From: Alphaproteobacteria bacterium
Lineage (GTDB): Bacteria > Pseudomonadota > Alphaproteobacteria > Rs-D84 > NBLK01
Reading direction: 5' to 3'
DNA: 26,008 bases
NCBI GenBank assembly: GCA_016936785.1
Contig: JAFGXE010000065.1
Location: 1 to 26,008 of the forward strand
A program made the translations under genes and the position numbers. Below the pieces are notes generated by a model. The model ran no database searches and was not told where the DNA came from. It worked only from the letters and a program-made list of their open reading frames with translations. Of the stretch, positions 7,451 through 15,281 are shown in pieces (position 1 is the first letter of the stretch; each line of letters begins with the position of its first letter).

Positions 7451-8576
7451 TTATATCTGCGATTTTATTCCCGCAGGTTTCAAAGTCTTTTTCTGTCCAA
7501 CCGTGTGTGGTCATGGCAGGGGAGCCTAATCGAATGCCAGACGGTTTTGTTGGAGGCGCGGTATCAAACGGCAATCCATTTTTATTGCAGACAATGCCTT
7601 CTTGTTCAAGTGCCTCTGCGACAGTGTTTCCTGTGAGATTGAGTGGGCGCAAATCAACAAGCATGAGATGTGTTTCTGTCCCCCCACCGCTGAGTGTTAA
7701 TCCCCGAGATTGAAGTGTCTTTGCAAGTGCTTGTGCGTTCCGAATGATTTGTTGTGCATACATTTTAAAAGCAGGTTGAAGTGCCTCTTCAAAAGCAACG
7801 CCTTTTCCTGCAATCATAGGAAGAAGAGGGCCTCCTTGTGTGCCTGGGAAAACAGCAGCGTTAATCTTTTTTGCGAGAGCCTCATCATTTGTTAGAATGA
7901 GTCCACCGCGTGCACCGCGGAGTGTTTTGTGTGTGGTTGAGGTGACAATGTCTGCGTAAGGAAACGGTGATGGGTGAACGCCTCCTGCAATAAGTCCTGC
8001 GATATGCGCAATATCTGCCATCAGAATTGCACCGACAGAATCAGCAATTTCTCGAAATTTTTTAAAGTCAATTTGAAAGGGATAGGCTGATCCACCTGCG
8101 ATAATCAGTTTTGGTCTTTCTTTTTTTGCCTGTTCCAAAATTGCGTCATAATCAAGGCGTAATGTTTCAGGGTTGAGTGTATAAGGGACTGACCGGAAGT
8201 ATTTTCCTGAGATGTTTGGATGTGAGCCGTGGGAAAGGTGTCCGCCTGCTGACAGATCCATTCCCATAACAGTTTCTCCAGTTTTGAGGGTCGCTAGGAA
8301 AACAGCGAGATTGGCATTTGCACCACTATGAGGTTGGACATTTGCAAAGGCACAGTTAAAGAGTTTTTTTGCACTTTCTATTGTTTCAGATTCAATTTGA
8401 TCAACGAATTCACAGCCTTGATAATAACGGGCATACGGATATCCTTCTGCGTATTTATTTGTGAGGACAGATCCTTGTGCTTTTAGGACATTGTCTGAAA
8501 CAAAATTTTCTGAGGCAATGAGGTTGACAGTGTCTTTTTGACGGATTTCTTCTTTGTGAATTAAATCTAAGATCAT
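7425..8576 (-). CDS. glyA: Serine hydroxymethyltransferase
   Basis: [40 protein letters not shown] (PLP lysine), FPGTQGGP and SGIRLGSPA. Confidence 0.97.
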
Positions 8577-8601
8577 CTGTTTATTCCTTTGCTTTTTTAG
8601 A

Positions 8602-8632
8602 AATATATGCTAGAAAACTTGTCATGACAAGT
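8602..8632. promoter_or_regulatory. Divergent glyA/folD control region with a perfect 16-bp palindrome
   Basis: glyA promoter TTGTCA-N17-TATATT on the minus strand (8602-8630). ACTTGTCATGACAAGT (8617-8632) is centred on the folD start codon. Confidence 0.55.
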
Positions 8633-9469
8633 CTTAAAATTATTGATGGTCGCGCACTTGCTTCAGAAATTCTTACTTCTGTAAAGTTGCAGATTGATCC
8701 GAACAATCCTCCGTGTTTTGCTGTAATTCAAGTTGGCGGAAATCCTGTATCTAATGTTTATATTCGACATAAGTTTAAAAAAGCAATCGCATTGGGCATA
8801 GAGCCAAAGCATCTCCATTTTGCAGAGGACGTTTCTGAAGAAAGAATTGAAAAAGAAATTAGACGGCTTAATAAGGATAAAACGATTCATGGTGTCATGA
8901 TTCAAATGCCTTTGCCTGAAAATCTTAATGCACGAAAACTGATGGATTTGATTGCTTCCGATAAAGATATTGACGGACTTCATTCGCGTAATCTCGGGCG
9001 TTTGATGGTTGGCGAAAAGGGGCTTTATTCTTGTACGCCTCAGGGGATTATGTATGCGATTCACTCTATGAAAAAAGATCTTACCTCACTTCATGCTGTT
9101 GTTGTTGGGCGTTCTAATCTTGTGGGAAAACCGGTTGCTCAGATGCTTTTAAATGCCAATTGCACAGTTTCAATTGTGCACTCAAAAACACGCGATATTA
9201 AATCGATTACACAAAAAGCGGATATTCTTGTTGTGGCTGTGGGGCATGCAAATCTTGTTAAAGCAGATTGGGTTAAAGATGGGGCGATTGTAATTGATGT
9301 TGGGATTAATCGTCTTGGAGATGGGATGCTTGTTGGAGATGTAGATTTTGAGAATGTAAAAGAAAAAGCGTTTGCCATTACACCTGTGCCAAAAGGGATT
9401 GGTCCTCTGACGATTGCCTTTTTAATGAAAAATATAATGGATGCATGGGAGATACAGAATGATAAATAA
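8624..9469 (+). CDS. folD: Bifunctional methylenetetrahydrofolate dehydrogenase/cyclohydrolase
   Basis: IQMPLP, KDIDGLH, CTPQG, GRSNLVGKP, VIDVGIN and ITPVPKGIGPLT. Confidence 0.97.
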   Translation: MTSLKIIDGRALASEILTSVKLQIDPNNPPCFAVIQVGGNPVSNVYIRHKFKKAIALGIEPKHLHFAEDVSEERIEKEIRRLNKDKTIHGVMIQMPLPENLNARKLMDLIASDKDIDGLHSRNLGRLMVGEKGLYSCTPQGIMYAIHSMKKDLTSLHAVVVGRSNLVGKPVAQMLLNANCTVSIVHSKTRDIKSITQKADILVVAVGHANLVKADWVKDGAIVIDVGINRLGDGMLVGDVDFENVKEKAFAITPVPKGIGPLTIAFLMKNIMDAWEIQNDK

Positions 9470-10733
9470 ACCTGAACTTCTTGTGCCTGGTGGATCGTTG
9501 GATAAGATTAAAGTAGCGTTGATGTATGGGGCGGATGCTGTGTATGCAGGTGTGCCAGATTTGTCTTTGCGTGAGAAAGCAAAGATGACTTACGAAGAAG
9601 TTGAAGAAGCCATTAACCTTTCTCATCAAATGGGAAAGAAGATGTATCTTGCGTTTAATATTTTTTCTCATAATAAAGATTTGCCGAAGGTGCCTAAGGT
9701 TGTTGAGATGATAAAAAGATTGAACCCAGATGGATTGATTATTTCTGACCCAGGGATTTTCATGATGGTGCATAAAGCATTGCCAGAGATGCCTCTTCAT
9801 GTATCAACTCAGGCGAATGTGTGTTCTTATGAAACAATTAATTTTTGGAAAGATATGGGCGCAAAGTTATGTGTGCTTGCGCGGGAAGTTTCTTTTGAAG
9901 AAATTAAAGAAATTCGTGAAAAGGTGCCAGATATTCGTCTTGAAATGTTTATTCATGGCGCAATGTGTATGAGCTATTCGGGACGGTGTTTGTTGTCAAA
10001 TTATATGACAGGACGTGGTGCGAATCAGGGGAATTGTGCACAAAGTTGTCGCTGGAAATATCGCGTACATGAAAAGAAAGATGAAGCACAGTTTTTTCTC
10101 GAAGAAGATAGTCGAAAAGGTGAATACATGCCGATCATTGAGAATGATCGCGGGACGTTTATTATGTCGTCAAAAGATATGTGTTTAATGCCTCGTTTGC
10201 CTGAATTGGTTGAGTCTGGGATTGATGTATTTAAGCTCGAGGGACGGAATAAAAGTGCCTATTATGTTGCGACTGTGACACGCGCATATCGCAATGCGAT
10301 TGACGCGTATTTTGAGAATCCTGAGGCATTTGATTTTGAACCATTTCAAGCAGAGCTTGATACACTTCAAAATCGCGGGTATACATTTGGGTTCTTTGAT
10401 GGCGTGCCGGATGGTGGCGCGCAGACGTATGAGTCGACGCGGTCTGATGGAAATTGGCGAACGGCCGGTCTTGTGGTTTCACTATCATCAGATGGTCTTC
10501 AGTTGGAGCTCAAAAATGCTGTGGCTAAAGGGGATAAAATTTTCCTTCTGTCTCCGAGTCGTTTTGATGCCTATGAAATTATCTTAAAAGATCTCGTTGA
10601 TTTTAATTCTGGCGAAGAAAAAGATATGTTTTCAGCAGGGCAAAACCAAAGTATTTTGATTAAGAAAGAATGGTTGCCAGAAAATTGGCAAACTCTTTTT
10701 CCAAGATTGACGATGGCACGCAAAAAGATTTAA
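9459..10733 (+). CDS. trhP: Peptidase U32 family Fe-S protein, TrhP/YegQ-like tRNA hydroxylation factor
   Basis: KPELLVPGG, GADAVY, HVSTQAN, HGAMCMSYSGRCLLSNY...NQGNCAQSCRWKY and KLEGRNKS. About 424 aa with a C-terminal extension. GGAGA precedes ATG 9459. Confidence 0.8.
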   Translation: MINKPELLVPGGSLDKIKVALMYGADAVYAGVPDLSLREKAKMTYEEVEEAINLSHQMGKKMYLAFNIFSHNKDLPKVPKVVEMIKRLNPDGLIISDPGIFMMVHKALPEMPLHVSTQANVCSYETINFWKDMGAKLCVLAREVSFEEIKEIREKVPDIRLEMFIHGAMCMSYSGRCLLSNYMTGRGANQGNCAQSCRWKYRVHEKKDEAQFFLEEDSRKGEYMPIIENDRGTFIMSSKDMCLMPRLPELVESGIDVFKLEGRNKSAYYVATVTRAYRNAIDAYFENPEAFDFEPFQAELDTLQNRGYTFGFFDGVPDGGAQTYESTRSDGNWRTAGLVVSLSSDGLQLELKNAVAKGDKIFLLSPSRFDAYEIILKDLVDFNSGEEKDMFSAGQNQSILIKKEWLPENWQTLFPRLTMARKKI

Positions 10734-10814
10734 AAGAAATTAATTCTATTGGTGCTTATTTAATTTTTCCAAATTTTTTTTGGCTCTATTTTATTGTTTC
10801 ACTTAGTTGAGATG

Positions 10815-10878
10815 GAGATCCCGACCTGCGTCGGGATGACAAAAGAGATGACTGGATCCCCGCTACGTGAGGATGACA
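10815..10878. repeat. REP-like palindromic repeats: copy 2 (10815-10842) and a degenerate copy 3 (10854-10878)
   Basis: An exact 28-nt match to 3021-3048, followed by GGATCCCCGCTACGTGAGGATGACA, which shares the GATCC...GGATGACA frame. Confidence 0.85.
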
Positions 10879-10893
10879 GAAAAAGTGGATTTT

Positions 10894-12129
10894 CTAGAAA
10901 AGTCCCTCTTGTTTTGGTTTTGTGTTCAGGAGGATTTCACCATCATGGAAGATGATTTTTTCGGGTGGATTTGTTTGTGCTTTTTCAGCTGAGGAAATGA
11001 CGGAATCATTTTTTCCCTTCACAATTGCGAAACCGCGTTGGAGCACTTTTTTAAATGAATAGCTCTCAAGAAGGCGGGAGAAATTTTCGACTTTTTGTGT
11101 TGCAAAGGTGAGGCGATAGGTCATTTTTTCTTTAAGATTTGTCGTGCGATCATCGAGGCGACGGATTTGATCTTCGACAAGTCGCATTGGGGTCAAAATT
11201 TTTCCTGCTTGCGTATCCAATTGCATTTTTTTTGTTTGAAGAAAATTATGAATATTGCGCGTCAAACGGAGTTGTTTTTCTTGAAGTGCTTGAAGCAGAT
11301 CACTTCGCACGGGAACAGCTTTTTCGGCGGCACCTGTTGGTGTGGGTGCGCGTAAGTCAGACGCATAATCAACGAGTGTGGTATCTGTCTCATGTCCGAC
11401 TGCTGAAATGATCGGAATTTTAGAGTTGGCAACAGCACGGACAACATTTTCTTCATTAAAGGGCATGAGGTCTTGGAGGCTTCCACCACCACGCGCGAGA
11501 ATAAGAAGGTCTGGTTTTTCTGAATCGGGAAGCGCATTAAACCCATCAATTCCTGCTGTAATAAATTTATCCGCGCCATCACCTTGAACGGCACATGGCC
11601 ATAATACAACATGAACTGGAAAACGTTCTGAAATTCGGTGAAGAATATCTCTGAAAACAGCGCCTGTTGCAGAAGTGATAACACCTATTTTTTGAGGGAG
11701 AAAGGGCAGTGGCTTTTTGCGTGCGGAATCAAATAATCCTTCAGCTTGGAGTTTTTTCTTTCGATCTTCGATTTGTTTGAGAAGAGCGCCTTCACCTTCG
11801 ACTTCAACGGCTTCGATGGTGATTTGATAACTGGAACGCCCGGCGTAAGTTGTGATTTTCCCTGTCGCTACAACTTCCATGCCGTCTTTTAAGTCGATGT
11901 TAAGCGGAGTCCATTTCCAAATGACCCCATTGAGAATAAAATCTCGTCCGCCCGATTTTTCTTTCAAATCGAGGTAGATATGACCGCTCGTGTGTTTTTT
12001 GAGACCATGAATTTCTCCTTTGACTTTAATGCGCGTAAAAGCAGTTTCAACAACGCCTTTGAGAAGTTCTGAAAGAAGACTGACGGAAACAACATTTTCC
12101 ATGTTTAAAATTGGATTAGGTTTTTGCAT
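10894..12129 (-). CDS. xseA: Exodeoxyribonuclease VII large subunit
   Basis: [58 protein letters not shown] and [10 protein letters not shown]. Confidence 0.97.
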   Translation of the reverse strand: MQKPNPILNMENVVSVSLLSELLKGVVETAFTRIKVKGEIHGLKKHTSGHIYLDLKEKSGGRDFILNGVIWKWTPLNIDLKDGMEVVATGKITTYAGRSSYQITIEAVEVEGEGALLKQIEDRKKKLQAEGLFDSARKKPLPFLPQKIGVITSATGAVFRDILHRISERFPVHVVLWPCAVQGDGADKFITAGIDGFNALPDSEKPDLLILARGGGSLQDLMPFNEENVVRAVANSKIPIISAVGHETDTTLVDYASDLRAPTPTGAAEKAVPVRSDLLQALQEKQLRLTRNIHNFLQTKKMQLDTQAGKILTPMRLVEDQIRRLDDRTTNLKEKMTYRLTFATQKVENFSRLLESYSFKKVLQRGFAIVKGKNDSVISSAEKAQTNPPEKIIFHDGEILLNTKPKQEGLF

Positions 12130-12130
12130 T

Positions 12131-13144
12131 TTACTTTATCTCTTCTAGGTTTTTACGGGGGTAAGCCGTTGCGGACATGTCGCTGAATTTTTTCAAGCGT
12201 GCGCGTTCGTAGCCTGCCCAAGCGATCATGACACCATTGTCTACACACAGAGAAGGTGTCGGCACAAAGAAAGGGATCTTTTCTTTTGCGCAAAGTGTTT
12301 TAAGGCGTTCGCGGAGAAAGGTATTACGGGCAACGCCACCGGCAAAAGCAACGCCATTGAGTTTGAGGTTTTTTGTTTGTTGAAGCACTGTTTCGAGGCG
12401 ATCTTCAACTGTTTCACAAACGGCTTCTTGAAAAGAGGCGCAGATGTCATTGATTTCTGTTTCTGAGAGACTTTCTTTTTCTTGAGCGATTCGACGAACA
12501 GCAGACTTCAAGCCTGAGAAAGAAAAATTCGGTTCTATTTTTCCTTTCATCGGACGGGGGAAATTATATTTTGTTTTGTCACCAAATTTTGCGTTTTTGT
12601 CGACTTCAGGGCCTCCTGGGTAAGGAAGATTAAGAAGTTTCGCGACTTTATCGAACGCTTCTCCAAGGGCATCGTCGAGTGTTGTGCCAAGAATTTTATA
12701 ATCTCCGATTCCATTCATTAAAATGAATTGGGTATGTCCGCCTGAGGCAAGAAAAACAAGATGTGGAAAGGGAATCTCATTTTCAAAACGTGGCATAAGC
12801 GCATGGGCTTCGAGGTGGTTAATTCCAATAAAAGGTTTGTCGAGTGCATAAGCGAGTGCTTTTCCAAATGTAAGACCAACATTCACACCACCGATGAGGC
12901 CTGGCCCTTGAACGGCAGCAATAACATCAAGATCAGAAAGAGAAATGTGTGCATCTTCTAGCGTTTGTTTCAGGAGAATATCAACTTTTTCAATATGTGC
13001 GCGCGAGGCAATCTCGGGGACGACGCCACCATAGATTTGATGGAGATCAATTTGTGTAAAAAGTGTATGCGCAATAAGGCGACGATCTTTTAAAATCGCA
13101 ATGCCTGTTTCGTCACAACTGCTTTCGATACCCAGTACGTACAT
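12131..13144 (-). CDS. tsaD: tRNA N6-threonylcarbamoyladenosine synthesis protein TsaD
   Basis: [58 protein letters not shown] and DNGVMIA. Confidence 0.97.
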   Translation of the reverse strand: MYVLGIESSCDETGIAILKDRRLIAHTLFTQIDLHQIYGGVVPEIASRAHIEKVDILLKQTLEDAHISLSDLDVIAAVQGPGLIGGVNVGLTFGKALAYALDKPFIGINHLEAHALMPRFENEIPFPHLVFLASGGHTQFILMNGIGDYKILGTTLDDALGEAFDKVAKLLNLPYPGGPEVDKNAKFGDKTKYNFPRPMKGKIEPNFSFSGLKSAVRRIAQEKESLSETEINDICASFQEAVCETVEDRLETVLQQTKNLKLNGVAFAGGVARNTFLRERLKTLCAKEKIPFFVPTPSLCVDNGVMIAWAGYERARLKKFSDMSATAYPRKNLEEIK

Positions 13145-13171
13145 CGCTTTCCTCTGTTATTATTTTAAGAA

Positions 13172-13200
13172 ACAGTAACGTGTTTTTTCTCGTGCGTCAA
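13172..13200 (-). promoter_or_regulatory. Sigma70-type promoter for tsaD-xseA
   Basis: TTGACG-N17-TACTGT on the minus strand. Confidence 0.5.
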
Positions 13201-13283
13201 TTTGTAATATTTTGTAATATTTGAATTCTTTTTTTTGAGGAGTGAGGATGTTATCTTTGGAACAAACAGAAAAAGGAAAAAAG

Positions 13284-14129
13284 ATGCAAGTTGCACAACT
13301 CCATACTCAAACAAATATTCATCGGACGGCTCAGATCCATCCGACATCAGTTGTTTCTGCAACGGCACGTATTGCAGCGAATGTTAAAATTGGTCCTTTC
13401 TGTGTGATTGGTGATAACGTTGAGTTGGCTGAAAATGTTGAATTAAAATCTCATGTTGTTGTTGATGGCGAACATGGCGGTGCGTATATTGGTGCTGGAA
13501 CAAAAGTTTATCCATTTGCTGTGATTGGTATGATTTCTCAGGATATGAAATATTATCATTCTGAAGAAGCGACAGGTCTAACAATTGGTAAAAACAATAT
13601 TATTCGTGAACATGTGACGATTCATATGGGAACACCTGCGTCTAATGGAACGGTTGTTGGAAATAACAATCTATTCATGGTTGGTGTTCATATTGCTCAT
13701 GACTGCAAAGTCGGAAATAATATTTATATTGCAAATAATACCCCACTTGCAGGTGAAGTTGAGATTGATGATTTTGCGATTATTGGCGGGAATAGTGCCA
13801 TACAACAATTTGTCAAAATTGGAAAATATGCGTTTGTTGGCGGGATGACTGCTGTTGATCAAGATATTCTACCATATAGTCGTGCGATTGGGGCACGTCC
13901 TGCGACATGGGAAGGTTTGAATGTTATTGGTCTCCGTCGTAAAGGATTTACAGGTGGACAGATTGAAACAATCAACGAAGCTTATCGTATTCTATTTTCA
14001 GATCTTCTGTTAGTGAAACGTATTGAAGCGTTAGAAGTTCTTGCAAAAGATGCTCCTGAAGTTCAGATCGTTTTGAATGCAGTGAAAGATCGCTCAAAAC
14101 ATTCTTTTGCAATACCACGTAAAAAATAA
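13284..14129 (+). CDS. lpxA: UDP-N-acetylglucosamine O-acyltransferase
   Basis: Hexapeptide repeats, [21 protein letters not shown] and [16 protein letters not shown] precedes ATG 13284. Confidence 0.95.
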   Translation: MQVAQLHTQTNIHRTAQIHPTSVVSATARIAANVKIGPFCVIGDNVELAENVELKSHVVVDGEHGGAYIGAGTKVYPFAVIGMISQDMKYYHSEEATGLTIGKNNIIREHVTIHMGTPASNGTVVGNNNLFMVGVHIAHDCKVGNNIYIANNTPLAGEVEIDDFAIIGGNSAIQQFVKIGKYAFVGGMTAVDQDILPYSRAIGARPATWEGLNVIGLRRKGFTGGQIETINEAYRILFSDLLLVKRIEALEVLAKDAPEVQIVLNAVKDRSKHSFAIPRKK

Positions 14130-14154
14130 CAAGACATTTTAGTTAAAGTCAGTT

Positions 14155-14973
14155 ATGTTGGTGCTTATGGATATTCAAAAAGTTGGTGTAATCGCAGGAC
14201 GTGGAGATCTTCCACATTTACTTAAGCAAAAATTTATTGCTCACAAAATGCCTCATTTTTTTCTTGGGATTAAAAGTGTTGTGAATGAAAACATTTGCGA
14301 TATTGTTTTACCTATTGGACAACTCGGAAAAGCAATTAGAACTTTTCAGAAAGAAAAAGTATCTCATGTTATTTTTATTGGAGGACTCGATCGTCCTGCT
14401 CGTGATCAAATTAAACCTGACTTAAAAGGGTGGATTTTTCTTTTGACTCATGCGTTTAAGATTAAAGGTGATAACAGCCTTTTGCTTTCTCTTGCGACTA
14501 TTTTTGAAAAAGCAGGAATGACTGTGATTGGTATTGATGATGTGATCCCAGAGTTGCTGGTTGAGGAAAAATGTTATACAAAGTCAAAACCGTCTGTAAA
14601 AGAAAAGAAAACAATCTTGTATGGTTTTGGCCTTGCTCAAACTCTTGGGCAAATGGATGTTGGGCAGTCAGTTGTTGTTCAAGGAAGTTTATGTCTTGGA
14701 CTTGAAGCGATTGAAGGGACAGACAATCTCATTCAACGTTGTGAAAAACTGAAAAGAGGGAAAGAAAAGCCAATTCTTGTAAAAGTTAAGAAGCCAACGC
14801 AAGATCGGAGATTGGACTTGCCAACAATTGGGTTATCTACGATTAAGAATATTGTAAAGGCAGGGTATCGTGGCGTTGCTGTTGATGCAGGACATGTTCT
14901 TTTTTCTGAAAAAGATAAAGCGATTGCGTATGCTAATGAACATCGTGTCTTTATTATTGGTGTCAAAAGATGA
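14155..14973 (+). CDS. lpxI: UDP-2,3-diacylglucosamine pyrophosphatase LpxI
   Basis: GVIAGRGDLP, DVGQSVVV, EAIEGTDNLIQR, KPTQDRRLDLPTIG, directly after lpxA. The start may be 14167. Confidence 0.92.
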   Translation: MLVLMDIQKVGVIAGRGDLPHLLKQKFIAHKMPHFFLGIKSVVNENICDIVLPIGQLGKAIRTFQKEKVSHVIFIGGLDRPARDQIKPDLKGWIFLLTHAFKIKGDNSLLLSLATIFEKAGMTVIGIDDVIPELLVEEKCYTKSKPSVKEKKTILYGFGLAQTLGQMDVGQSVVVQGSLCLGLEAIEGTDNLIQRCEKLKRGKEKPILVKVKKPTQDRRLDLPTIGLSTIKNIVKAGYRGVAVDAGHVLFSEKDKAIAYANEHRVFIIGVKR

Positions 14974-15200
14974 CTTCCGAGATTATTGGTTTTATTGGCG
15001 TTTCCTTTGTCGTTATTTCTTACGGTTTGCTTCAGTTCAAGAAAATTAAATCAGGTTCAATCTCTTATGATCTTTTAAATTTGATTGGCGCCTCAATGAT
15101 TCTGTATTCACTCTTTTTCAACTGGAATTTTCCTTCTTTTGTTATTCAAGTCATTTGGATTTTGATTTCAGTTTATTCTCTTTTTCATTCAAAAAAATAA
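14970..15200 (+). CDS. Small membrane protein, CBU_0592-like
   Basis: Three short hydrophobic segments, with 'YGLLQ', 'LLNLIGASMILYSL' and 'SFVIQVIWILIS'. ATGA overlap with lpxI. Confidence 0.65.
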   Translation: MTSEIIGFIGVSFVVISYGLLQFKKIKSGSISYDLLNLIGASMILYSLFFNWNFPSFVIQVIWILISVYSLFHSKK

Positions 15201-15281
15201 TTTTTTTCAAAAAGTGCTTTTTTTGATCTTGATTTTATGATACTATTCAAAATGAAAAGAGAAACTATGGGAGATCTCAAT

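Noticed and set aside
9459-10733. U32 protein as UbiU/UbiV or a true protease
   Set aside because: Its length, C-terminal extension and Cys motif fit TrhP/YegQ better, and there is no ubiT/U/V context.
3021-10842. The two identical 28-mers as ends of a transposon or island
   Set aside because: They are self-palindromic, in the same orientation, enclose core genes (glyA, folD), and there is no transposase, integrase or target-site duplication.
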